From: an uncultured Ignavibacteriales bacterium
GTDB taxonomy: Bacteria > Zixibacteria > MSB-5A5 > GN15 > FEB-12
Assembly (NCBI GenBank): GCA_964464605.1
Contig: CAYXJN010000005.1
Coordinates: 62,001 to 126,000, forward strand
Length of the DNA stretch: 64,000 nucleotides
Direction: 5' to 3'
How positions within the stretch are numbered: position 1 is the stretch's first letter; every line of letters starts with the position of its first letter. The translations under genes and the position numbers were made by a program. Below the pieces are notes generated by a model. The model saw nothing but the letters and a program-made list of their open reading frames with translations, was not told the DNA's origin and ran no database searches. This document shows positions 39,327 through 48,826 of this stretch, one piece after another.

Positions 39327-39389
39327 GACTCTATTTGAGAACGGTACGAATTTCAGTAAAATTCGTGAAACCGTACGTTCTTTTGTCGT

Positions 39390-41636
39390 CTAATGGAGCG
39401 CAACTCCTTCAACATGAATCTGGTACCGCTTGATCTTCGAACGGACCGTTGCTTCATGAATTCCGAGCAGGCGGGCAGCTTCGGATTTGTTTCCTTTTGC
39501 CGCCAAGAGTGCATCGGTAAGCAGCTGACGTTCAAATTGCTCAATGCGATCGAAGAAGGTGGTCGATTGGACCGCCGTCGTGTTGGTAAACATCGGCCGG
39601 GCGAGTTCAACCAGATCACCGTTACCCAGTTCTTCTGCCTGAGCTTCCAAGCGTTTCACTTTGTTATAGAGTTCGCGCACATTACCCGGCCAATGATAGG
39701 CAAGGAATGTTTGTAACAGTTCTGCGCTGACTTTAAATCCGCGCTGTCCGAGTGTTCCATTCGTAATGAACAGATCAAGCAGCAGCGGGATATCTTCTTT
39801 CCGTTCACGCAGCGCTGGGATATAGTGAATATCTCCGTCACAGATGCGGAAATACAGATCACGGCGGAACAGACCGCCTTCAACAAGCGAGGTCAAATCC
39901 CGATTTGTGGCGCAGATTAGGTTGATATCCAGTTTGACGGGTACCGTGCCGCCGAGCGGAGTAACTTCCCGACGTTCGAGCACACCGAGCAGTTTGGCCT
40001 GTAAATGAAGCGGCATGTCGCCGATTTCATCCAGAAACAATACACCGCCGTTGGCCGCGACGAACAATCCGGCTTTGTCCTCACGTGCGTCGGTAAATGC
40101 ACCGCGGCGATAGCCGAACAATTCCGATTCCAAAAGGGAGTCAGGTACACCGGCACAGTTGATCGACACAAACGGCGTTCCCGGGCGAACCTTGGAATGG
40201 AAAAAACGCGCCATCTGATCTTTACCGACACCTGTTTCTCCCGTTAACAAAACGGGAAGATTGGAGCGTGAGCCGATCAGCACGATCTGCTGTTTTACCC
40301 GTTCGACCGCAGCACAGCGAGTGATGAAATCAGCACTCTGCTGTTTGCTCTGATCGCTGCCGGCGATTTTGCGCTGATTGGTTTGTTCGAGCGCTTCGCC
40401 GATTTTATCGATCATCGTCGTGTGTCCGGATTGCGCGTAATATTCTTCAGCGCGAATCAGGTGCAGTACCCGTTTGTTGACCGGTATAGCAGTTGCGCAG
40501 CCGGCAAAGTATAGGATTTCCGCTTCTTCGAATCGCACACCGGATTGACGGGCTGATTCGATTGCACGGGCCCAGAATTCCTTTGCGGTTTCCTGCTGTG
40601 TTTCCGCTTCGGCAATCATGGCTAAAATGCGGTGCAGTCCGGCAAGATCACCGGTATTCGGCGTTTCCTGCATGACCACGATCGCTTTCTGCGCCAGCTG
40701 ACGGGCAGTGCGATAGTCACGAAGCGAGAGATTAGTTTCGGCTAATTGGCGCATCACGCGCGCGGTTAAACCGGAATCAGGCAGTACCTGTTCGGATAAA
40801 CGCAACGCATGAGCCAATACCTGTTTGCTTTCTTCAAGCAAACCCATACGGCGGCGCAGTTCGCCGATGTAGCTGTAGTACATCACTTCATCTCGCTTGT
40901 CGCCTGATAAACGGAGCGGTGTTACCGCTTCGCTCAAGGTTGCATCCGCTTCGGCATAATGACCGGATTGGATACAGGCGTAGGCGTAGGACATAAGGGC
41001 ACGGGCTGTTTCGGCATGGTCACGCAACGCGCGGGAGAGTTCGATATTGGTGCGCAAATGCGCTTTTGCGGATTGCAAGTTTCCGGAGAACAGATGGATA
41101 CGGCCGATATTACCGGTCATCAGGGCAATTTTTGCCGTATCGTTAAGTTTGTGCGCGATTTCCAGTGCATCGGCCAGAACATTCAACGCATTTTTCAAAT
41201 CATGCTGCTTGAAATAAATTCCGGCGAGACTGTTCAGCGCCCGCGCCTGACCTTCCAACAGGTCAAGGCGACGGAAGAGTGATTCGGCATCACGGAATGC
41301 CTGTTCCGCTTCTTTCGGTTTATCACTCTTTTTGAAAATATTGCCCAGCACGAAGAAAACTTCTGCGAGTTCCGCGGTTTCTCCGTTTTGGGTAAGGAAA
41401 TGCTGCGCCATGCGGGCAGCTTTTAGTGCGGCTGTGAGGTCAGCCAGCGCGCTGTATGCAGAAGCGGCCATTCTCATGAGAATGCCGGATTCTGCATCGG
41501 CTCGCTGTTCAATAACGGGACGATGAATATCCACGTACCGGACCACACCCGCAAAATCCCGCTTTTCAAGTAATGTCGCGGCTATGCGAACATCAAATGA
41601 TGTGGGATTCGACGATTCTGTGAAGGTACGGTTCAT
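39390..41636 (-). CDS. TPR-repeat sigma54-dependent activator (bEBP) with Fis-type HTH
   Basis: About 400 aa of TPR-like repeats; Walker A GETGVGKD, ESELFG, GAFTDA, FLDEIGD, FRRDLYFR, WPGNVREL; HTH GNKSEAARLLGI. Confidence 0.93.
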   Translation of the reverse strand: MNRTFTESSNPTSFDVRIAATLLEKRDFAGVVRYVDIHRPVIEQRADAESGILMRMAASAYSALADLTAALKAARMAQHFLTQNGETAELAEVFFVLGNIFKKSDKPKEAEQAFRDAESLFRRLDLLEGQARALNSLAGIYFKQHDLKNALNVLADALEIAHKLNDTAKIALMTGNIGRIHLFSGNLQSAKAHLRTNIELSRALRDHAETARALMSYAYACIQSGHYAEADATLSEAVTPLRLSGDKRDEVMYYSYIGELRRRMGLLEESKQVLAHALRLSEQVLPDSGLTARVMRQLAETNLSLRDYRTARQLAQKAIVVMQETPNTGDLAGLHRILAMIAEAETQQETAKEFWARAIESARQSGVRFEEAEILYFAGCATAIPVNKRVLHLIRAEEYYAQSGHTTMIDKIGEALEQTNQRKIAGSDQSKQQSADFITRCAAVERVKQQIVLIGSRSNLPVLLTGETGVGKDQMARFFHSKVRPGTPFVSINCAGVPDSLLESELFGYRRGAFTDAREDKAGLFVAANGGVLFLDEIGDMPLHLQAKLLGVLERREVTPLGGTVPVKLDINLICATNRDLTSLVEGGLFRRDLYFRICDGDIHYIPALRERKEDIPLLLDLFITNGTLGQRGFKVSAELLQTFLAYHWPGNVRELYNKVKRLEAQAEELGNGDLVELARPMFTNTTAVQSTTFFDRIEQFERQLLTDALLAAKGNKSEAARLLGIHEATVRSKIKRYQIHVEGVALH

Positions 41637-41983
41637 CAGTTAGCTCCTCCATTTTTAACGGAGCTGTTGTCTGACGGAGCGGGTTGCGGAGCAACGCGCG
41701 GCTGTTTTGGTGCGATCAGGAGATTGAGTAAGGTGTTCGAAAGCCAGATTTCAAACCGCGGTGAAAGCGTAGCGCTTCGCATTGCCTGACGGCCTGCTTT
41801 ACCGCCGCCGTTACCATTCGTGCCGGAGCCATCGCCACCCCACGGGTGATCTTCATTTTCCACGCCATTTTCGGTATTAGCCGGACGGTGGTAATACGGA
41901 CTTTCCCGTCCGTCTATATCCCCCACAAAAGCAAGGGTGGCAGTGAAGAGCATACTCAAAGTGAGTACAAATGAGCGTTTCAT
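41636..41983 (-). CDS. Small secreted low-complexity protein (115 aa) with EDHPWGG motif
   Basis: AAGGAG RBS; signal peptide MKRSFVLTLSMLFTATLAF; TGA overlaps the activator ATG (TGATG). Confidence 0.8.
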   Translation of the reverse strand: MKRSFVLTLSMLFTATLAFVGDIDGRESPYYHRPANTENGVENEDHPWGGDGSGTNGNGGGKAGRQAMRSATLSPRFEIWLSNTLLNLLIAPKQPRVAPQPAPSDNSSVKNGGAN

Positions 41984-42108
41984 GGACTAAGGCTCCTTTC
42001 CGAGGTTTTATAAAATTACCGGTTAGGTATTTATGTATTCGAATACATGGCGGGTGAGGCAATTCGTGAGGGGAATGCTATGTACATCCTTGTCAGCATC
42101 CATACTGT

Positions 42109-42136
42109 ATGATAGCACTTGGTCTACAAGTGTCAA
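42109..42136 (-). promoter_or_regulatory. Sigma70-type promoter of the small protein-bEBP operon
   Basis: Minus strand TTGACA-N16-TATCAT with extended -10 TG. Confidence 0.65.
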
Positions 42137-42287
42137 TGCCGAAATGCGGGTGATATGTTTGGCGTTGTTATCGAGGGGATTCCTGTTGCTACGGGTTGTA
42201 TCTTTAGCTTGCACTGGTGAGTAAATAATTCCTATCTTGCAGGCTCTGTTTGACTTTTAAACGTGTAACCTAAGGAGCGGATTCCGC

Positions 42288-44717
42288 ATGTCGCTGGAAC
42301 GCCAGAAAATAGAGACCATTTTCCTCGAAGAGGAGATGAAGTCTTCGTATCTCGATTACTCAATGTCCGTCATTACCAACCGGGCGCTGCCCGATGCCCG
42401 TGACGGCTTGAAACCTTCCAACCGCCGCATTTTGGTCGCTATGAATGACCTCAATTTGCAGCCGGGCCGCCCCCACAGAAAATGCGCTAAAATTTGCGGT
42501 GATACCTCCGGTAACTACCACCCGCACGGTGAGCAAGTAGTCTACCCGACCCTCGTTCGTATGGCGCAGGATTTCAACATGCGCTATCCGCTGGTGGACG
42601 GGCAGGGGAATTTCGGGTCAATCGATGGTGACGGTGCTGCGGCAATGCGTTACACTGAAGCCCGCCTTACCCCGATCGCAGTCGAAATGCTGGCTGACAT
42701 GGAAAAAGAGACCGTCGATTTCATGCCGAATTACGACGGCACTCTGCAGGAACCGAAAGTACTTCCCGGTAAATTCCCGAATCTGCTTTGTAACGGAACA
42801 TCCGGTATCGCCGTCGGTATGGCGACTAACGTCGCGCCGCATAATCTTCGCGAAATCGCTCAGGCGATTATCAAAGTTATCGATGACAGTGAAGTCACGG
42901 TTCAGGATCTCCGTCGTATTGTCCCGGGGCCGGATTTTCCGACCGGCGGTATTATTAACGGTCGTGAAGGAATCCGTCAGGCGCAGGAAACCGGCAAAGG
43001 GCATATAATGGTTCGCGCCCGGATTTCGTCTGAAAAAATGAAGTCCGGCAAAGAGGCGCTAATCGTCACAGAAATTCCGTATCAGGTCAATAAATCGAAC
43101 CTGCTTGAAAAAATAGCGGAACTGGTTCGTGATAAACGGCTCGAAGGTATCTCTGATCTGCGGGATGAGTCCGATCGTGACGGTATGCGTATCGTTATCG
43201 AACTCAAGCGTGATTCACAGGCTGAGATCGTTATCAACCAGTTGTACAAACATACGCAGCTGCAGACGACATTCTCGGTTATCTCATTGGCGCTCGATAA
43301 AGGGGTGCCGCGTCTGTTGAATCTGAAAGAGCAGATTCAGCTGTTTATTAACCATCGCCATGAAGTCGTTATCCGCCGTACCAAGTACGATCTGCGTAAG
43401 GCGGAAGAGCGGGCGCATATCCTTGAAGGGTATCGTATCGCGTTGGATAATATCGATGCCGTTATCGAGCTCATCAAAAAATCGAAAGATACCCCGGCGG
43501 CTCGCGATGGGTTGATGACCAAATTCAAACTCTCTGAAATTCAGGCCAACGCCATTCTCGACATGCGGCTTGCCCGACTGACCGGGTTGGAGCGGCAAAA
43601 AATTCAGGATGAGTACGAAGAGATTATCAAGAAAATTCAGGAGTACAAAGCGATCCTCGCCTCAGAATCCCTTCGCATGAAGATCATCAAAGATGAAACG
43701 AAGGATTTGGCGGAACGGTTCGGCGATGAACGTCGTACCGAAATCCAGGATGCAGCCGAAGAATTGACGGTTGAAGACCTGATTGCAGAAGAAGAAATGG
43801 TAATCACCATTTCGCATATGGGCTATGTCAAACGACTCTCCGTTTCCCAGTATCGCAAACAACAGCGTGGCGGAAAAGGTGTGATCGGCATTGAAACGAA
43901 AGAAGATGATTTCGCTGAACATCTCTTTATCGCCTCAACTCATGATTATATTTTGTTCTTTTCGACTAAAGGCCGCTGCTATTGGGTGAAGGTGCATGAA
44001 ATTCCGGCTGCCGGCAAACTGGCAAAAGGAAAACCGATCGTCAATATGTGCCGGATGGAACCCGGAGAAACTGTTACCGCTTTCTGCCGCACCCGTACAT
44101 TCACGCCGGATAAGTTTATCATGATGGCGACCAAGAACGGTCAGATCAAAAAGACCTCGCTCGATGCCTTCTCTAATCCGCGTATCACCGGTATCAATGC
44201 GATTGACCTGCCGGATGATGATGAACTGATTGAAGCAGCGCTCACCGACGGCAGCAATGAAGTCGTGTTGGCTACCCGTATGGGCATGGCGATTCGGTTC
44301 CATGAAGAGCATGTCCGCGCGATGGGACGTACTTCGTATGGCGTCCGCGGTATATCGCTTGATAAGGGTGATTATGTTATCGGAATGGTCGTCGTCAAGC
44401 GGGACAGCACGCTGTTAGTCGTAACCGAAAACGGCTATGGCAAACGTACTTCGATTGAGGACTATCGTATAACTAACCGTGGCGGTAAAGGGGTTATTAA
44501 CGTGAAAACCTCTGACCGGAACGGGGAAGTGGTTGCGATTATGGAAGTGCTCGATAATGATGAACTGATATTGATTACCAAAAACGGTATCGCCAATCGT
44601 CAGGCTGTCAGTCAGATAAAAGTCATCGGTCGCAATACCCAGGGCGTGAGATTGATCTCGCTTAAAGGGGATGATTTAGTGACCGATGTCGCACGAGTTG
44701 TCAATGAGGATGCGTAA
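42288..44717 (+). CDS. gyrA: DNA gyrase subunit A
   Basis: RALPDARDGLKP, YHPHG, AAMRYTEAR, GyrA-box QQRGGKG and pinwheel CTD repeats; AAGGAG RBS. Confidence 0.97.
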   Translation: MSLERQKIETIFLEEEMKSSYLDYSMSVITNRALPDARDGLKPSNRRILVAMNDLNLQPGRPHRKCAKICGDTSGNYHPHGEQVVYPTLVRMAQDFNMRYPLVDGQGNFGSIDGDGAAAMRYTEARLTPIAVEMLADMEKETVDFMPNYDGTLQEPKVLPGKFPNLLCNGTSGIAVGMATNVAPHNLREIAQAIIKVIDDSEVTVQDLRRIVPGPDFPTGGIINGREGIRQAQETGKGHIMVRARISSEKMKSGKEALIVTEIPYQVNKSNLLEKIAELVRDKRLEGISDLRDESDRDGMRIVIELKRDSQAEIVINQLYKHTQLQTTFSVISLALDKGVPRLLNLKEQIQLFINHRHEVVIRRTKYDLRKAEERAHILEGYRIALDNIDAVIELIKKSKDTPAARDGLMTKFKLSEIQANAILDMRLARLTGLERQKIQDEYEEIIKKIQEYKAILASESLRMKIIKDETKDLAERFGDERRTEIQDAAEELTVEDLIAEEEMVITISHMGYVKRLSVSQYRKQQRGGKGVIGIETKEDDFAEHLFIASTHDYILFFSTKGRCYWVKVHEIPAAGKLAKGKPIVNMCRMEPGETVTAFCRTRTFTPDKFIMMATKNGQIKKTSLDAFSNPRITGINAIDLPDDDELIEAALTDGSNEVVLATRMGMAIRFHEEHVRAMGRTSYGVRGISLDKGDYVIGMVVVKRDSTLLVVTENGYGKRTSIEDYRITNRGGKGVINVKTSDRNGEVVAIMEVLDNDELILITKNGIANRQAVSQIKVIGRNTQGVRLISLKGDDLVTDVARVVNEDA

Positions 44718-44857
44718 GCATCCTCATTGATCGGTATATTGCAAGGTGTAAACGCAAATTTTCAATCGCAGAAAACTCACTCACGGTCCCCCTACAACAA
44801 GGTGGGCGATCTAGCCTGTCTACCTTATTCCAGTACCCTAAAAGAAGGAAGACAGCA

Positions 44858-45373
44858 ATGAAAATACTGACCAAAGAAAATGCGAGCGAGATGCTGGGCG
44901 GAAAGCCGCTGGATAGTTTTCTGGATGAGCTTTCGACTCGCCTGCGCCTCGTCCGGGATACGTACTCGATTCCGCCTTCTGCTTTCGCAATGGCGGATCT
45001 GTCAAACCTCTTCGCGTACCTGCTTCTCAGGGGCACTAACGTCTGCATCTATATTTCAGACTGGGGCATGTGGGGAGAAGAGAACCTTGACCTGCTTTAC
45101 GCCTACCGGCGTTCTTTCGGTGATAATCGGTTTCTGATAGAAGCGCCGGTCCATCTGTTTGAACAAAGAGAAAAAGCTGCCTTTGTCAGCATTCTCGCCG
45201 TGTCGTTTTATTCCGTTTGGGACGCATGGGTCTTCGATTTAGAAGGAAAGGCGCTCGTAAGGATCCACCATCATGGATGGCTTGAGGTTCGGACCAATGA
45301 TGAGGAATCCCGCGAAGAGTTTGCTAGTGAGTTGGACAAATTCAAGATTAGCTTCTTGCGCAGCGGCGGTTAG
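44858..45373 (+). CDS. Hypothetical protein
   Basis: 171-aa ORF with AAGGA upstream, Trp-rich; no family recognised. Confidence 0.65.
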   Translation: MKILTKENASEMLGGKPLDSFLDELSTRLRLVRDTYSIPPSAFAMADLSNLFAYLLLRGTNVCIYISDWGMWGEENLDLLYAYRRSFGDNRFLIEAPVHLFEQREKAAFVSILAVSFYSVWDAWVFDLEGKALVRIHHHGWLEVRTNDEESREEFASELDKFKISFLRSGG

Positions 45374-45396
45374 ATGGCAGTGTATACAAGATGATA

Positions 45397-47706
45397 TCAA
45401 AACTCGGTGCTGAAGCCGATACTCGGGAAAATTCCTAAGTCATAAATATATTTGCGACCGGTGAATATTACCGGATTGGCACGGTTGGTCACGTTGCTAA
45501 CCGACGCATACAGGGCAGAATTTCCAAAATCAACTGAACAGTGCACGTTAAGCGCCGCGTTAATCGGAAACTCGCGGGTGTTTTCACTGCGCAGATAATT
45601 CTGGTAATAGGATTCCGTATAGCGGTCTTCGGTGTTTGATGGCAGAAGAATGTAATTGGAATGATCCGGAGAGTACGGGTACCCGGAACGGATTTGCAAA
45701 CTGCTGCCGACCGTAAACCGGTTGGAGAAACGCCATTTGGCATCGAGCATAAACCGGTGCGGCGAACTTAAATCATACGGCGCTTCGATCCCGTGCGTCT
45801 GTTTGATCGCGTGAGTGAATCCGTAATAGGTGTAGATATCCAGTTTATTATGAATGATATTTTTCAAATCAAAACTGATATCGGCGCCGGTAAAAGCCAT
45901 CGTTCCGTTGGAGCGCATAGTAAGAAAACCGGGTTCAGGTACCGGGACCGGGTCGTCGTGATTGATCTTGTTAAAATCGGGCGTAAGCGTCGGGTAACGG
46001 TCAATTTCTTTTACGAAGATCGTTCCGCGAACGAACCGATGGGACAAATGAAACGATGCCAAATACGTATTCACCGGTTCAAGATATTCCGCGCTGGCGC
46101 GAGTAAGTACCTGATACGGTTCAAGTACCCGTGTAATCGGGTTTTCGGCGAACGTTCCTAAAAAGAGTTCGGCAGTCGTCTGTTTAGTAACGGCAACGGC
46201 AAAACGCTGGCGAAGGGCTACGGCAGATGGATCCCCCAATTCACTGAAGGTATGCACCCGAACGCCGCTTTCAAGAGTCAACTTGCCGAACTGCTGCGAA
46301 AGTGAAAAATATCCGGCATAGTTTTGGGCGTCAGCGGTGTGGTGGTATGTCCCGTACAGCATATTCAGTTCGGGCGTGTAGATAAACGGGTTGTCGGTGT
46401 TAGCATCCGGCGGCAAGAAATTCCAGTTCTGCTGTTTCAAATCGGTCATGCGGTCGAAAATCATTTCCGCTTCAAAGCCGATTTGGAATTTCCGGTCAGC
46501 ATACACCAACTCAGCGGCGGAGTTGGCATTTATCGTTTTGCTTTTTTCTTTTAAGTCACCGATAACTTTCGAGGGTTCATTCTGCCAACCGTTGACGGAG
46601 TAACGCTCATCGGATTGCGTGTATGACACCGCGGATTTAACCGAAAGTGAACCGTTTAGCATCATTTCATCCCGCACGCCGATATACTGCCGGGAAGTCG
46701 CAACATAGGTTTCAATGCCGGGGTCGCCATCGTTGGGGGCACGTTCATATTTTAGATTGTCAGTGACATCGTACCCATCGACAAACAATGAGCGGGTGCT
46801 GTTTACTTTGTAACCACCGGAAACGAAAATATCGCGGAATTTGGTTGGGGGGATTTTGTCTCCTTCTTTCGTCGAGTTGAATGTTTCGGCGAATTGATCG
46901 ACTATCGACTGGCGAATTGAACCGAGCGCAAAAAAACGGTCGCTGCCGTACCGGTAGGAACCGGTCGCTTCAAGCAAGGAAAGATAGAGGTCTCCACCGA
47001 TTCCTTGATCGAATGGTGTCGGGGTTTTCAGCTCGACGACGGAGGGGAGGCCATATTTGGCGGAAGTTCCCTGTGGATAAAACTGTACGTTGTCGACAAC
47101 CGATAACGGCAAAATCGAAAACAAGCCGTAGTGGTTCGGATCAGCGCCCATACTGCTACCGTTGATAAAATACTGCGGCGAGGTTCCATTGATTCGCAGA
47201 GTGGAAGAATGAGCAGAGCCGCGACGGCTTATCTGCGGTTCCTTGAGCGAAGTGAGCGGGTTGGTGGAAACCAGAGACTCTCGCGCATCTTGACGCAGCC
47301 GGTGATGAGTGATCGATTGGGTAAGCGCATCCCGTGATTCTTGCGGTACCACCGTAATACTTTTCAGTTCGACTTCTTTTTCCTGAAGCGTAATGATGTA
47401 GCCGTCGGTATTTGGTATTGGGGTAATCGGGATTATCGCGGAATCATAGCCGATAGCAGTTATGCGCAGATAAGTATGGATATCTGAGGCAAGCTGTACC
47501 GGAATTTGGAAGAGCCCGTTTGCATCGGTGCTTTTTCCGGTTACCACGCTGCCGTCGATTACCACGGCTACTGAAGCGCCAAAAACCGGCTGGCCGGATT
47601 GGTCGGTTACTGTTCCGTGAAACAGAGGAAGCGCGCTTATGCTTGCTGACAAAACCGCCACCAACAGGGCGGGTACAATGATTTTTGCAAAGAGAGTTTT
47701 CACCAC
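45397..47706 (-). CDS. TonB-dependent receptor-like outer membrane protein
   Basis: Signal peptide; GTVTDQSGQPVFGASV (CarboxypepD_reg-like); plug-like segment LRING...SAKYG; barrel strands SGVR, SGYPY, NVTNR; C-terminal Phe. Confidence 0.8.
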   Translation of the reverse strand: MVKTLFAKIIVPALLVAVLSASISALPLFHGTVTDQSGQPVFGASVAVVIDGSVVTGKSTDANGLFQIPVQLASDIHTYLRITAIGYDSAIIPITPIPNTDGYIITLQEKEVELKSITVVPQESRDALTQSITHHRLRQDARESLVSTNPLTSLKEPQISRRGSAHSSTLRINGTSPQYFINGSSMGADPNHYGLFSILPLSVVDNVQFYPQGTSAKYGLPSVVELKTPTPFDQGIGGDLYLSLLEATGSYRYGSDRFFALGSIRQSIVDQFAETFNSTKEGDKIPPTKFRDIFVSGGYKVNSTRSLFVDGYDVTDNLKYERAPNDGDPGIETYVATSRQYIGVRDEMMLNGSLSVKSAVSYTQSDERYSVNGWQNEPSKVIGDLKEKSKTINANSAAELVYADRKFQIGFEAEMIFDRMTDLKQQNWNFLPPDANTDNPFIYTPELNMLYGTYHHTADAQNYAGYFSLSQQFGKLTLESGVRVHTFSELGDPSAVALRQRFAVAVTKQTTAELFLGTFAENPITRVLEPYQVLTRASAEYLEPVNTYLASFHLSHRFVRGTIFVKEIDRYPTLTPDFNKINHDDPVPVPEPGFLTMRSNGTMAFTGADISFDLKNIIHNKLDIYTYYGFTHAIKQTHGIEAPYDLSSPHRFMLDAKWRFSNRFTVGSSLQIRSGYPYSPDHSNYILLPSNTEDRYTESYYQNYLRSENTREFPINAALNVHCSVDFGNSALYASVSNVTNRANPVIFTGRKYIYDLGIFPSIGFSTEF

Positions 47707-47899
47707 AGGTATCTGCTCAAACAGTATGCCGGATTATGAAATCTTTGCAGTTGCTGTCAGATGGTGTCAGGACAAGAGGTTAGTGTTTTGCGCTGTCCGG
47801 CAAGTAACCGCCGCTATTGAAAATCAGTGCTACTCTTTACCCACTGATTGCCTGTGCAGCAGTTGAACATTGGCCGAATACGTATATATTCAGCGGCTT

Positions 47900-48826
47900 A
47901 TGGAACGATTAGGTGAACTGGCAGCCTTAGGAACGGCGCTCTTGTGGGCGTTCACGGCTATTTTTTTTGCTGAGTCGGGCAAGCGAATCGGCTCGTACCG
48001 GGTTAACAAGCTTAGGTTGATTGTCGCGCTTCTACTCTATGCCGCGTCATTGTGGGTAGTATCAGGATCCCCGTTTCCGCACGGTATTAACGGCCAGCAA
48101 CTCGCGTGGCTGGCCCTTTCCGGATTTGTCGGATTGGTGATTGGTGATTCCGCTGGGTTTAAGGCGCTGGTGATGATCGGTCCCCGGTTAATGTCCCTTG
48201 TTTATGCGACGGGGCCGATTATAACGACGATTGTCGGCTGGATCTTTTTAGGGGAGCGGCTCACCCGGCTTGATCTGCTCGGCATCGGTCTAACGGTTAG
48301 CGGCGTAGTCTGGGTAGTATTGGAGCGCAGACCGGCTAACAACGGAAAAGCGCTCGATAGCTCCCATCCGGATGCCGGTTCTTTGCGACGCGGACTCGTA
48401 CTGGCATTTATTGCTGCCTGCGGTCAGTCGATCGGTCTGATTTTAGCCAAGCAGGGGATGTTTCATGCCGGAGGAGAAGTGGCTGCGCTGCCGGCGGGGC
48501 TAATTCGGATAGCATCCGGTATCGTGGTGCTCTGGGGATTAGGTGCAATACAAGGAGAAATTCCGCAGACACTCGAAGCGGCAAAAAATAAGGCCGCGCT
48601 CGGCTTTGCGGCAGCAGGTGCGCTCTTTGGTCCCTTTTTAGGCATTGTCCTTTCGTTGATTGCGATTAAGTATATTCCGGTTGGAATTGCATCGACGTTA
48701 AACTCTACTTCACCACTTTTGATCATTCCGCTCGTTATGCTGTTTTATAAAGAGAAAGTCAGTCTTCGTGCCTTAGCCGGAGCCCTATTGGTAGTCGGTG
48801 GTGTCGCAGTTTTGTTCGCGCAATGA
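47900..48826 (+). CDS. DMT/EamA family transporter
   Basis: GELAALGTALLWA, SGFVGLVIGD, FLGERL, KEKVS; ten TM helices in two repeats. Confidence 0.92.
   Translation: MERLGELAALGTALLWAFTAIFFAESGKRIGSYRVNKLRLIVALLLYAASLWVVSGSPFPHGINGQQLAWLALSGFVGLVIGDSAGFKALVMIGPRLMSLVYATGPIITTIVGWIFLGERLTRLDLLGIGLTVSGVVWVVLERRPANNGKALDSSHPDAGSLRRGLVLAFIAACGQSIGLILAKQGMFHAGGEVAALPAGLIRIASGIVVLWGLGAIQGEIPQTLEAAKNKAALGFAAAGALFGPFLGIVLSLIAIKYIPVGIASTLNSTSPLLIIPLVMLFYKEKVSLRALAGALLVVGGVAVLFAQ

Noticed and set aside
47716..47731. Sigma54-like motif CGGCATACTGTTTGAG upstream of the TonB-dependent receptor
   Set aside because: The -12 element is GA rather than GC, and the predicted start would fall at the start codon.
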